Shown here one piece after another: positions 1 to 9,056 of a stretch of DNA of 64,000 nucleotides. Position 1 is the first letter of the stretch. Every line of letters starts with the position of its first letter. The position numbers and the translations under genes were made by a program. Origin of the DNA: Patescibacteria group bacterium (GTDB lineage: Bacteria > Patescibacteriota > Patescibacteriia > JACRDY01). The stretch spans positions 173,011 to 237,010 of the forward strand of contig JBAZFH010000002.1 of assembly GCA_041653535.1 (NCBI GenBank), in the 5' to 3' direction. The notes under the pieces are model-generated. The model did no database searches. It saw nothing but the letters and a program-made list of their open reading frames with translations, and was not told the origin of the DNA.

Positions 1-2
1 AA

Positions 3-368
3 ATTATTACCCCGATACTCAATCATCACGAGGACAAACCGCCGACATTGGAGGCTGTTATTGTCAAAGTGGCCGACGCTATTTCCGGTGCCAGACCAGG
101 AGCAAGAAAAGATACTTATGAAAATTTTTTGCAGCGTTTGGAAGAACTGGAAAAAATCGCTACTTCTTTTGCCGGAGTGGAAAAAACTTATGCTATTCAG
201 GCTGGTCGTGAAATCCGCGTCTTTATCAATGCTGACGAAATAAACGATCTGCAGGCGACTAAGCTTGCTCGAGATATCGCCAATCGTATCGAAAACGAAC
301 TCAAATACCCCGGTGAAATCAAGGTCAATATTATCCGCGAAATGCGCGTGATTGAATACGCCAGATAA
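3..368 (+). CDS. rny: Ribonuclease Y, C-terminal part. The 5' end lies outside the window.
   Basis: The frame is open from the window edge. The translation ...HHEDKPPTLEAVIVKVADAISGARPGARKDTYENFLQRLEELE...GEIKVNIIREMRVIEYAR matches the HD and C-terminal region of RNase Y. A ymdB-like gene follows, as in the rny-ymdB operon. Confidence 0.85.
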   Translation: MITPILNHHEDKPPTLEAVIVKVADAISGARPGARKDTYENFLQRLEELEKIATSFAGVEKTYAIQAGREIRVFINADEINDLQATKLARDIANRIENELKYPGEIKVNIIREMRVIEYAR

Positions 369-435
369 AATCAATGATTACTAATTGGTAATTTAGAAAT
401 ATTTTTTTACCAGCCAGACGGTCACTCTATAAAAT

Positions 436-1254
436 ATGATAAAAACGAATAACCTTAAAGTTTTGTTTTTCGGCGACGTCATCGGTAAAATCGGTCGGCG
501 GGCGCTGGTTAAGGCTGTGCCGAACCTTCGCAAAAAATACGAAGCTGATTTGGTGATTGTCAATGTAGAAAATCTCGCTCACGGCAAAGGTATTACTCGT
601 AAAACCTGGAACGAGCTGATTGAAAGCGGTATTGATTTTGCTACTTCGGGAAATCACATATTCAAAAAACCAGAAGGAGTAGAAATGCTCGACGAAGATA
701 TTCCGATTATCCGTCCGGCAAATTATGCACACAAAACTCCGGGTAAGGGTTACAAGATAATCGAAACCGCCAAGGGTCCGATAATGATAGTTAATCTTCT
801 GGGTCAATTGTTTATCAAGGATGAACCGGTACCGACTAATCCTTTCACCAAATTAGCGGATATTTTAGCTAACGCCAAACCAAAAAAGGTTAAAATGGTC
901 ATCGTTGATTTTCACGCTGAAGCCACTTCGGAAAAAGTTGCCCTAGGTCGGCAATTTGACGGCGAGGTATCGGCGGTTCTTGGTACTCACACCCATATTC
1001 CTACCGCCGATATGAAAATTTTGCCAAAAGGCACCGGTTATATTACCGACGTCGGTATGGTGGGAGATAAAAATTCTATCTTGGGCGGACAGATTGAACC
1101 GATACTTGATGCTTATATGAACAAAGAACGCAGTTCACGTTTTGAAATATCGGAAAACGGCATCTGCCTGGCTAATTTTGTCTATCTGGAAATCGATACC
1201 GCCAAAGGCTTGACACGTAAAATAAAACGGTTAGACAAGGAAATTGTCGTATAG
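436..1254 (+). CDS. ymdB: YmdB-like metallophosphoesterase (2',3'-cyclic-nucleotide phosphodiesterase family, TIGR00282).
   Basis: 272 aa with FFGDVIG...VENLAHGKG...DFHAEATSEK...GTHTHIPTAD...GYITDVGM. Near-collinear identity with B. subtilis YmdB motifs. Sits immediately downstream of rny. Confidence 0.85.
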   Translation: MIKTNNLKVLFFGDVIGKIGRRALVKAVPNLRKKYEADLVIVNVENLAHGKGITRKTWNELIESGIDFATSGNHIFKKPEGVEMLDEDIPIIRPANYAHKTPGKGYKIIETAKGPIMIVNLLGQLFIKDEPVPTNPFTKLADILANAKPKKVKMVIVDFHAEATSEKVALGRQFDGEVSAVLGTHTHIPTADMKILPKGTGYITDVGMVGDKNSILGGQIEPILDAYMNKERSSRFEISENGICLANFVYLEIDTAKGLTRKIKRLDKEIVV

Positions 1255-1304
1255 TATAATAAAAGAGGTAAAATTAGAATAAATTTAACCACAAGAAAAA
1301 CCAT

Positions 1305-1604
1305 ATGAACAAAGCTACTCTAATCGAAACCCTAGCGCAAAAAGCCAACGTCTCAAAAAAACAGGCCGAGGATTTGGTTGACGCCCTGATGCAAACTATA
1401 ATGGACACTATTAAAGACGGCGGTGAAGTTACTCTTACTGGTTTTGGTACTTTTTCCGCTCGCGTTCGTAAAGGTCGCGAAGGCATTAATCCGAGATCGA
1501 AAACTTCTATTACCATTCCTCCGACTAAAGTAGTCAAATTTAAAGCCGGTAAGGTTTTGAAAGAAACGCTCAAGTCTTCCAGCAATACTCCGGCAGCCGT
1601 ATAA
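1305..1604 (+). CDS. hup: HU family DNA-binding protein.
   Basis: 99 aa, MNKATLIETLAQKANVSKKQAEDLVDALM...GFGTFSARVRKGREGINPRS..., the canonical HU/IHF fold sequence. Confidence 0.9.
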   Translation: MNKATLIETLAQKANVSKKQAEDLVDALMQTIMDTIKDGGEVTLTGFGTFSARVRKGREGINPRSKTSITIPPTKVVKFKAGKVLKETLKSSSNTPAAV

Positions 1605-1629
1605 AATATAGAAAATATTTTTTAAAAAA

Positions 1630-1660
1630 TACCCCGCGATAAGCGAGGTATTTTTATTTA
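1630..1660. terminator. Intrinsic terminator hairpin, probably bidirectional, between hup (+) and clpP (-).
   Basis: TACCCCGCG-ATAA-GCGAGGTA stem-loop followed by TTTTTATTT. An A-run lies upstream, giving a U-tract on the opposite strand. Confidence 0.55.
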
Positions 1661-1712
1661 GTTTATAGAAGTTAGGTTGTTTTAGACCGTAATTTTTCCG
1701 CGTAAACAAAAA

Positions 1713-2300
1713 TTATTTGCTATTGATAATAATTTTATCGATAATGCCGTATTTTTTAGCTTCTTCTGCGTCCATGAAGAAATCACGATCGCCGTCTTTT
1801 TCTATTTTAACAACCGGCTGGCCGGTATGTTTGGCTAGCAGCTTATTCATTTTTTCGTGAACCTTGATAATTCTTTCAGCGCGGATTTTGACATCAGCAG
1901 CTTGTCCTTCGGCGCCGCCCATTACTTGATGAATCATTATTTCCGAATTAGGCAGAGCGTATCTTTTTCCTTTAGTACCAGCGGCAAGTAGCGTCGCTCC
2001 CATGGAAGCTGCCTGACCAACACAAATAGTGGCAACGTCACATTTTACATACTGCATGGTATCGTAAATAGCCAGCCCGGCAGTTACGCTGCCTCCGGGG
2101 GAATTGATATAAAGCTTGATGTCTTTTTTGCTGTCTTCAGCGTCCAAAAATAAGAATTGAGCGATGACAATGTTGGCGACAACATCGTCAATAGGAGATC
2201 CTAAAAATATAATCCGGTCTTTGAGCAAACGAGAATAAATGTCGTAAGCGCGTTCGCCGAACTGGGATTTTTCAATAACAGTAGGGATAAGGTAATTCAT
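1713..2300 (-). CDS. clpP: ATP-dependent Clp protease proteolytic subunit.
   Basis: 195 aa with [19 protein letters not shown]...GQAASMGA...IMIHQ. Catalytic Ser/His context is typical of ClpP. Confidence 0.95.
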   Translation of the reverse strand: MNYLIPTVIEKSQFGERAYDIYSRLLKDRIIFLGSPIDDVVANIVIAQFLFLDAEDSKKDIKLYINSPGGSVTAGLAIYDTMQYVKCDVATICVGQAASMGATLLAAGTKGKRYALPNSEIMIHQVMGGAEGQAADVKIRAERIIKVHEKMNKLLAKHTGQPVVKIEKDGDRDFFMDAEEAKKYGIIDKIIINSK

Positions 2301-2475
2301 AAATTAAGATTTTAAGAAGTTAATTCCAAAAAGCCAGTTTTGTTTTTGGGAGATGAATAAATGGTAGCATTGATGCGGTTAATTTTCAAGAACTTTAGCT
2401 TTGTCTGAAAACACTGAAAATTTTGGCATTTATGAAAATAATAAAAAGAAAACGGGTATAAGAAGGTTTAAATAT

Positions 2476-3468
2476 CTAATTAATAACCGTTACTTTCCAG
2501 CCCTTGCCTTCTACTTTTTCTATCCGTCCCCGTACCAAAAATCCGGCGGATTTTTTGTGCCCGCCGCCGCCATATTGACGAGCGATTTCCGACACATCGA
2601 CGTCATCACGAGTGGTGCGCAGACTGCCGCGGACAAAACCGCCATCTTCTTCTTTGAAAATGATTACTGCTTTTGCCGTACCAAGGTTGTTTAAAAAATT
2701 TGCCACGCCGGCAAAATCATCAGGTGATACTTTGTTATCCTCTAAATCTTTAAGGGTGATGGCAGTGGTGGCTATTCCTGTTTGCGGGTCTTCTTCTAGG
2801 CGCAGGAGGGCAATTCCCCAAAGATGTAAAATAGGCAGTTTTTTGTTTTGCCAAGTATTTATTGTTACTTCTTGCAGTCGTGCGCCAAAACCAAGCAGTT
2901 CAGCGCCGGTACGTAAAGCGGTAAAAGTCGTTCCTAGATTTGTGAAATTTTCCGTATCGGTGACCAGTCCTGTCAGTAAGCAAGTGGCGATATCTTTGGT
3001 TATTATTATTCCCATTTGTACAAAAAGATTGTAAACTATTTCGCAAGTAGAAGAAGCGTCGGTTATTACCAGCGAGATATCAAAAAAATTCGGTTCGGGG
3101 TTTTGGTGATGATCAATATTGATAAAAGTTGTTCCTGTTTTTTTTATTTCACGTAGCTTTTCTTCGATGCCGGAATTTTTTAGTTGACCAAAATCAACCA
3201 TGACGACCAGATCGTATTCTTTCGTATAAATTTCTTCCGGGTTGTTTTTTAAAAAATTAACTCCGGGTAAATAACTCAAGCTGGCAGGAACGGGATAAAG
3301 ATTGAAAATCGTAAAATTTTTTGTGATACTTTTTAGATAATGACCAAAAGCAAAACAAGATCCGAGGCTATCTCCGTCCGGTTTGGGAATTGAGTGCCCC
3401 AAAATCAAAATTTTTTTTGAAGTCAATATTTTATCTAAAATTTTTTGGGCTAAAAATAGATCAACCAT
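2476..3468 (-). CDS. nrnA: DHH/DHHA1 phosphoesterase (NrnA-like oligoribonuclease / pAp phosphatase).
   Basis: 330 aa with ILILGHSIPKPDGDSLGS, NIDHHQN (DHH motif) and a C-terminal GGGHKKSAG (DHHA1 GGGH motif). Confidence 0.8.
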   Translation of the reverse strand: MVDLFLAQKILDKILTSKKILILGHSIPKPDGDSLGSCFAFGHYLKSITKNFTIFNLYPVPASLSYLPGVNFLKNNPEEIYTKEYDLVVMVDFGQLKNSGIEEKLREIKKTGTTFINIDHHQNPEPNFFDISLVITDASSTCEIVYNLFVQMGIIITKDIATCLLTGLVTDTENFTNLGTTFTALRTGAELLGFGARLQEVTINTWQNKKLPILHLWGIALLRLEEDPQTGIATTAITLKDLEDNKVSPDDFAGVANFLNNLGTAKAVIIFKEEDGGFVRGSLRTTRDDVDVSEIARQYGGGGHKKSAGFLVRGRIEKVEGKGWKVTVIN

Positions 3469-3518
3469 AAATTAGTGTAGAAAGGGTAAGCGTAAAATAT
3501 AGAGAGGGGTATATTTTT

Positions 3519-3866
3519 TTATTTTTTACTCTCCTGGCGGATTTGCTCAAGCAGTCTTTCTACTTCTTGTGCCGCCATCGCTCCTCGGTCAATGCGAAAA
3601 GACAGTAGTGGGGTAAATTGCCAATCCAGTTTGGCAGCCAATAAACGGCGCAATTCTTTGACGCTATCGCGCAGCTTACCATAAACAATACCAATATTTT
3701 CTTCGGGGCTGACGGTTATCCAGATTTTGGCGGAGCGCAGGTTTGGAGATATTTGCGCGCGCAAAACAGTTACCAAAGAATCTTTTGGCAATTCGATCTC
3801 TCTTGCTATGATTTCGCTTAATTTGTCGCGCAGCACTTCTCCGGCGCGTTGGGCTCTATTAGACAT
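3519..3866 (-). CDS. rbfA: Ribosome-binding factor A.
   Basis: 115 aa, RAQRAGEVLRDKLSEIIAREI...LVTVLRAQISPNLRSAKIWITV, typical RbfA. Transcribed divergently from infB. Confidence 0.85.
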   Translation of the reverse strand: MSNRAQRAGEVLRDKLSEIIAREIELPKDSLVTVLRAQISPNLRSAKIWITVSPEENIGIVYGKLRDSVKELRRLLAAKLDWQFTPLLSFRIDRGAMAAQEVERLLEQIRQESKK

Positions 3867-3992
3867 AAGTTCACTATATTATAGCACAAAATGATTTTTG
3901 TAAAGGTGCGGCAGGTAAAAGACGGAATGTATGATATAAGATTTGTAATTTTTAATCTCCAGCCGTTAGCCTTCAATCATTTATTTCCAAAT

Positions 3993-4021
3993 TGACTTTT
4001 TGTCATAAATAACGTAAACTT
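3993..4021 (+). promoter_or_regulatory. Putative sigma-70-like promoter for infB.
   Basis: TTGACT (3993-3998), 17-nt spacer, TAAACT (4016-4021), about 14 nt before the infB ATG. Weak -10 and a short leader. Confidence 0.3.
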
Positions 4022-4034
4022 TTGAATACTTGTT

Positions 4035-6041
4035 ATGAATGTTACTGAGCTAGCACGAAAACTAAGAGTAACAACAAAAGAGCTACTGGAACTTTTGCCG
4101 CAGCTTGGTTTTGATATTGGCGCGCGAGCGATAAAAGTTGATCCGCGGGTAGCGTCGCAAATTTTACGGGAATGGCCGCGTTTTTATCGTGAACATCAGG
4201 CTAAGCTTGAGGCTATTCGCAAGCAAAAATTAATCGAAGAACGTAAGCTCAAAATGCAGGACAGCGGTCCGGTAAAACTGTCGGCAGTGATGACTGTCCG
4301 TGAATTCGCGGAAAAATTGGAAGTGCCGGTCAATCAGGTGATCGCCGAACTGATGAACAATGGAATCTTGGCAACGCTTAATGAGAGAATAGACTATGAC
4401 ACCGCTGCCATCGTGGCGGAAGGTTTTGGTTTTACGGTAGAAAAGTCGGAAGATGTCGCTTCCGACGTTGATATCGATAAGGATAAAAGAATAAGAGATA
4501 TCCTTGATAGTGCTGATAAAGAAAAATTGCAAGCACGTCCGCCGGTAGTAGTGGTGATGGGTCACGTCGATCACGGCAAAACTAAATTACTCGACGCTAT
4601 TCGTAAAACAAACGTTATTGATACGGAACACGGCGGTATTACTCAACACATCGGCGCGTATCAAACCATTTTTCAGGGACGGGCGATCACTTTTATCGAC
4701 ACTCCTGGTCACGAGGCTTTTACTACTATGCGTTCCCGCGGTGCCAAGGTCGCCGATATCGCCATACTTGTAGTAGCTGCCGATGATTCGATAAAACCGC
4801 AAACCGTGGAAGTAATTCAGATTTTACAGGCGCTCAATTTGCCTTTTATCGTGGCGATAAATAAAATCGATAAACCAGATGCCAATATTGAAAAGGTAAA
4901 ACAAGATTTGGCGCAGCGAAATTTATTGCCAGAAGATTGGGGCGGCAAAGTTGTTTGTGTGCCTATTTCCGCTAAACAAGGAACTAATATTAATCAACTT
5001 CTGGAGATGATCTTGTTGATTATGGATTTGAATAAAGAAAAAACTATGGCCGATCCTACCGGTCCGGCATGCGGTACTATTATCGAAGCTCATAAAGATG
5101 CCGGCGAAGGAGCCGTGGCAACATTGTTAGTGCAAACCGGTACTTTAAAAGTAAATGATATTTTGTCTATTAATGGCGCTTTTTACGGTCGGGTGCGGGC
5201 GATGAAAGATTGGATCGGCAAAGATGTTTTTGCCGCTCCGCCGGGAATGCCGGTCAAGATTTTAGGTTGGCGGGCGGAAGCCGCGGTCGGTGATATATTA
5301 GAAGTCGTATCCGATGTCAAAAAACTAAACGAACAAAAGATAAAGAAGCAAAAACCGTCGTCTGTTTCTAGCGCCGTAGTAACGCAAACCGAAAATTCCA
5401 GCGAAGAAGACGAGGAGAAGATAAAGACTCTGAATATAGTTTTGCGCAGCGATGTACTGGGTTCGACCGAAGCGATTGTCGAATCTTTGGCTAAACTAGA
5501 AATTCCGCATGGTGTAAAGTATAAAATAGTTTCTCAAGGGCTGGGTAATATAGTTGAATCCGACGTTTTGCGTGCCGAAGGCGACAACGGCGTGGTACTC
5601 GGTTTTAACGTTCAGGTTACGCCACTGGCTAATAAAATAGCGGATGAAAAAAAGGTAGAGGTAAAAACCTATAAAATCATTTATGAGTTGCTTGATTTGG
5701 TAAGAACAAAACTAAACGCTATGATTGAAGTAGAGATTAAAGAAAACGATATCGGCAAGGTGGAAGTTTTGGCGTTATTTAGAAAAGATAAGGTTGGTCA
5801 AGTGGTTGGCGGTCGTGTTAAGTCTGGCAAGATAGAAACCGGAGCCAAGGTTCGCGTGATGCGCGAGAATCTTGATTTAGCGCGACTGAAAATTTTGGAG
5901 TTACAAACCACCAAGCAGATAGTCAAAGACGTAGAGAAAGGTTTTGAATGTGGTATTAAATTAGAAGGAAAATTTGAGGTAGCTGTTGGTGATACGCTGG
6001 AAGTCTATCAGGAAGAAATGATAGAGAGAAAAGTAAAATAA
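4035..6041 (+). CDS. infB: Translation initiation factor IF-2 (short form).
   Basis: 668 aa with G-domain VVVMGHVDHGKTKLLDAIR, DTPGHEAFT, NKIDK, plus the C-terminal beta-barrel domains. Confidence 0.95.
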   Translation: MNVTELARKLRVTTKELLELLPQLGFDIGARAIKVDPRVASQILREWPRFYREHQAKLEAIRKQKLIEERKLKMQDSGPVKLSAVMTVREFAEKLEVPVNQVIAELMNNGILATLNERIDYDTAAIVAEGFGFTVEKSEDVASDVDIDKDKRIRDILDSADKEKLQARPPVVVVMGHVDHGKTKLLDAIRKTNVIDTEHGGITQHIGAYQTIFQGRAITFIDTPGHEAFTTMRSRGAKVADIAILVVAADDSIKPQTVEVIQILQALNLPFIVAINKIDKPDANIEKVKQDLAQRNLLPEDWGGKVVCVPISAKQGTNINQLLEMILLIMDLNKEKTMADPTGPACGTIIEAHKDAGEGAVATLLVQTGTLKVNDILSINGAFYGRVRAMKDWIGKDVFAAPPGMPVKILGWRAEAAVGDILEVVSDVKKLNEQKIKKQKPSSVSSAVVTQTENSSEEDEEKIKTLNIVLRSDVLGSTEAIVESLAKLEIPHGVKYKIVSQGLGNIVESDVLRAEGDNGVVLGFNVQVTPLANKIADEKKVEVKTYKIIYELLDLVRTKLNAMIEVEIKENDIGKVEVLALFRKDKVGQVVGGRVKSGKIETGAKVRVMRENLDLARLKILELQTTKQIVKDVEKGFECGIKLEGKFEVAVGDTLEVYQEEMIERKVK

Positions 6042-6067
6042 TTAATGATTAACAATTAATAATTTAT

Positions 6068-6391
6068 ATGTCTGAGATTATATTAGATGACAAAAATTTT
6101 GAGGCAGAAGTACTCGCCTCTGACGTGCCGGTGCTTGTAGATTTTTATGCCGTTTGGTGCGGTCCGTGCAAAATACAGGGGCCGATGATTGATGAATTAG
6201 CCGAGGAGATGAAGGACCAAAAAGTAAAAATCGCCAAACTGGACGTTGACAAAGCGCCGGAATTTTCCCAGAAATACGAAATTATGTCTGTTCCTACCTT
6301 GATTATTTTTAAAGGCGGGCAAATAGTCGAACGCATGACTGGGATGAGAACAAAAGAGGAATTAAAAGAAAAGTTGGAAAAGTTAATATAA
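6068..6391 (+). CDS. trxA: Thioredoxin.
   Basis: 107 aa with the WCGPCK active site. Confidence 0.95.
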   Translation: MSEIILDDKNFEAEVLASDVPVLVDFYAVWCGPCKIQGPMIDELAEEMKDQKVKIAKLDVDKAPEFSQKYEIMSVPTLIIFKGGQIVERMTGMRTKEELKEKLEKLI

Positions 6392-6418
6392 TATAATAAG
6401 TTTTTAGAATATTTTAAA

Positions 6419-6445
6419 ACTCCGTTTATTGGGCGGAGTTTTTTA
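6419..6445. terminator. Bidirectional intrinsic terminator shared by trxA (+) and the TrmB-like gene (-).
   Basis: ACTCCG-TTTATTGGG-CGGAGT, a perfect 6-bp stem with TTTTTT downstream and AAAA upstream. It overlaps the stop codon of the minus-strand gene. Confidence 0.65.
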
Positions 6446-7211
6446 ATATTATCCCGCTAGACACGGACCACAATCCTTCAAATATCGCGAGCATGGTATC
6501 GTGAAATTCTTTTGATTGGATTAGTACTGCCGACAGTTCTTTGAGTGAAGAAATAATCAGCACTTTGTCATCGTAAATATCGATGACTGAAGAAAATTTT
6601 CCGTACATTACCGGCGGCAGGACGCGAGGGTTGCGTTCCAGGAGCTGTTGCGGGGTCATTAGTTTTTGACTTTCTTGGTATTCCCAGAGCGATCGGCTGG
6701 TAATACCTTTGGCTTGGCGGGTTTCCACGAAATATTTGGCGTAATTTTTATCAAATTCAGAAAAAAAGTTTTTAATGGGAGAAATAATATCCCAGTGTTT
6801 TGATTTGCAGTAGAGTGCGTCTTCGATTACTGTTTTTACGCCCTCGATCCCTTCATAGTGATAGACGCTGATTTTATTTTCCGGCTGTTCCATGCTTTGT
6901 AGCAGGAGCGGGATAATAGCGGAGATTTCACCTTTTTGTTTTTCTAGCATTCTAATTTTTTCTTGGAGCAGGTTTTGGATGTTTTTCGGGTCGGTGGCGG
7001 TGAAAAGTATTTTTTGTCCGGAAATTTTTTTCCCGACCAGTCCCTTGTCTGTCAAAGTGCCTAGGGCGTGATAAATTGTCGTCCGGTTAACGTTGGTTTG
7101 TTTGACCAGTTCATTTACCCCGATCGTCGAGTATTTCAAAGCAGCGAGGTATATCTTTACTTCAGTTTGCGTCAGACCTAGATTTTTTAGAGAGTCGGTG
7201 ATTTGGGACAT
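6426..7211 (-). CDS. TrmB-family transcriptional regulator (sugar-responsive HTH regulator family).
   Basis: An N-terminal winged HTH (LGLTQTEVKIYLAALKYSTIGVNELVKQTNVNRTTIYHALGTLTDKGLV) followed by a C-terminal TrmB-type domain. The start is set at the internal ATG (MSQITDSL...) rather than the ORF-track 7310 start, whose N-terminal 33 aa are low-complexity. Confidence 0.7.
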   Translation of the reverse strand: MSQITDSLKNLGLTQTEVKIYLAALKYSTIGVNELVKQTNVNRTTIYHALGTLTDKGLVGKKISGQKILFTATDPKNIQNLLQEKIRMLEKQKGEISAIIPLLLQSMEQPENKISVYHYEGIEGVKTVIEDALYCKSKHWDIISPIKNFFSEFDKNYAKYFVETRQAKGITSRSLWEYQESQKLMTPQQLLERNPRVLPPVMYGKFSSVIDIYDDKVLIISSLKELSAVLIQSKEFHDTMLAIFEGLWSVSSGIILKNSAQ

Positions 7212-7464
7212 ATTGGTAGTTGGTAGATGGTAGTTGGGGATTAGGGTCAAGAGAAATAAGAAATTGGAAATGACTATTATAATAATATTAGTTATTGATG
7301 GTTTTGTCAAAGATTGTTTGTAATGAAATATATTTAAAATTAGATAAAAAATTTATTTGTTTATCAATAGTTATAAACACATATTAACACTTTTGGTATT
7401 TAGCTGTTAAATATAGGTGGAAAAAGAACATTAAAAATTGAAACAAACAAAAAGGAGGATAACG

Positions 7465-8349
7465 ATGATTATCGATGTCCATACCCATACTACTACGCAC
7501 GATCTGTGGGATTTACATACCAAAACCGCCACACTGACCGATCTGGAAGGATTGGCCGCGCAGTACGACGTCAGGAAAATCATCCTGATGGCAACGTATT
7601 TTCCGACCAAAGGCACGGGACTGCACAATTTGGATCTGCTGCGCCGAATCGGAGAAAGCAAACTTTTTGCCATGTGCGCCAGTCTAAACGCTATGACTGC
7701 TGACGGTCTACACATCGGTCTGCAGGAGATCAGCCTCTTGGCGCGAGAAAAAATGATCGTCGGGATTAAGCTCTATCCCGGTTATCAAAATTTTCACCTT
7801 TCCGATCGACGAATCGATCCACTGTATGAGCTCGCGGAAAAGTATCGTTTGCCGGTGACGGTTCATACCGGTGAGTTGCATCACTGCTGCCCGGTCAAAG
7901 ATCGGGGAGAGGGTCGCGGTCGCTGCGGTCAAGTCTGCCCGATTGACGAGTGGCAAAATTTGGCGCGACCGTCGCAGATTATCGAAGCAGCGACACGCTT
8001 TCCCGAAGTCAATTTTGTGCTGGCACATCTGGCCAATCCCTACTTCAGTGAGTTGCTGTATGACGTGATGGCAGTATTGCCAAACGTCTACACGGATATT
8101 TCCGGACAGTTTCGTTCGGGAACAGAAGAAGCGACTGAGGAATACAAAGATGAAGTGTTGGCGCAAATCAAAATGTTTATTTCGTCAGGGCAAGCCGGCA
8201 TCGATCGAGTGATGTTTGGTACAGACTTTCCTATTCAGTCTTACGCCGACACGGTTGATTTCGTGGAACGGCTGGGACTAGGTAAAGAAGACAAGGAAAA
8301 AATCTACTGGCGTAACGCCGCAAGGCTGTTTGCGTTGGATATAGGGTAA
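7465..8349 (+). CDS. Metal-dependent amidohydrolase (TIM-barrel, amidohydrolase_2-like).
   Basis: The MIIDVHTHT N-terminal His motif, later HTGE and HLANPY motifs, and a C-terminal FGTDFP. The start is moved to the ATG at 7465, which has AAAGGAGG 7 nt upstream; the ORF track began at TTG 7438. Confidence 0.7.
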   Translation: MIIDVHTHTTTHDLWDLHTKTATLTDLEGLAAQYDVRKIILMATYFPTKGTGLHNLDLLRRIGESKLFAMCASLNAMTADGLHIGLQEISLLAREKMIVGIKLYPGYQNFHLSDRRIDPLYELAEKYRLPVTVHTGELHHCCPVKDRGEGRGRCGQVCPIDEWQNLARPSQIIEAATRFPEVNFVLAHLANPYFSELLYDVMAVLPNVYTDISGQFRSGTEEATEEYKDEVLAQIKMFISSGQAGIDRVMFGTDFPIQSYADTVDFVERLGLGKEDKEKIYWRNAARLFALDIG

Positions 8350-8360
8350 GGAGACGGAAT

Positions 8361-9056
8361 ATGGAAAGAAAAAGAATTTTGGTTACCGCCGGGTCCACAG
8401 TAGTGCCTATTGATCAGGTGCGAGTTATTTCCAATATCTTTAAGGGCAAAACCGGAACGGCTATTGCTGCACATTTTGCAGAGCGAGGACACGGCGTGAC
8501 TTTGCTCACCTCAAATCCAGAGCTGCTTGAAGATTACCGCGAGATCAGCAATGGCTGGAATATTCAGGTGGTGAAATTCCGGACGTTCAACGACCTGGCT
8601 AGCGCAATGAAAAAGCTGATCACTGCCGGCGCATATGACATGATCGTTCATTCGGCCGCAGTCAGCGACTATCAGGTCGCTCAAGTACTGACGAAAGATG
8701 TAGGAGGTCAGTTGTTGCCACTAGACGCTGGTACAAAAGTTTCTTCTCGGCACGGCAAGCTGTATCTGGAAATGGTGCCGACAGCAAAATTGATCGACAA
8801 GATTCGGACCGATTGGGGTTTTGCCGGCTATCTGGTCAAGTTCAAACTGCAGGTGGGAATCGGCGACGGAGAGCTAGTCAATATCGCCCGTCAGAGCCGA
8901 GCTGATTCGGCATCAGACCTAATCATCGCCAACTGTCTGGAGTGGGCCGCTCAATATGCCTATGCTATTGGGTCTGATAATACGGCAGAGAAAATTTCGC
9001 GGGAAAAAATCGGCGAGACGATTGAAAGGAGGGCGGGTTGGTATGACGAAAAATAA
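8361..9056 (+). CDS. coaB: Phosphopantothenate--cysteine ligase, stand-alone CoaB domain.
   Basis: 231 aa, ILVTAGSTVVPIDQVRVISNIFKGKTGTAIAAHFAERGHGVTLL...HSAAVSDY, the DFP C-terminal (CoaB) signature. An AAGGAG RBS lies upstream. Confidence 0.8.
   Translation: MERKRILVTAGSTVVPIDQVRVISNIFKGKTGTAIAAHFAERGHGVTLLTSNPELLEDYREISNGWNIQVVKFRTFNDLASAMKKLITAGAYDMIVHSAAVSDYQVAQVLTKDVGGQLLPLDAGTKVSSRHGKLYLEMVPTAKLIDKIRTDWGFAGYLVKFKLQVGIGDGELVNIARQSRADSASDLIIANCLEWAAQYAYAIGSDNTAEKISREKIGETIERRAGWYDEK

Noticed and set aside
2401-2694. 97-aa plus-strand ORF between clpP and nrnA.
   Set aside because: It overlaps the well-supported minus-strand nrnA gene (antisense). It is low-complexity and has no motif.
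7212-7310. N-terminal 33-aa extension of the TrmB-like ORF (ORF-track start at 7310).
   Set aside because: The extension is an Ile/Leu-rich read-through of AT-rich intergenic DNA. The HTH begins right after the internal ATG at 7211.
7708-8166. 152-aa minus-strand ORF inside the amidohydrolase gene.
   Set aside because: It is antisense to a CDS with clear amidohydrolase motifs and an RBS. It has no motif of its own.
8956-9042. N-terminal extension of coaC (ORF-track start 8956) and the TTG starts given for 7438, 18467, 50369, 53336 and 57578.
   Set aside because: In each case an in-frame ATG has an SD-like sequence or sits right at the upstream stop, and conserved homology begins there. The upstream extensions overlap the preceding gene.
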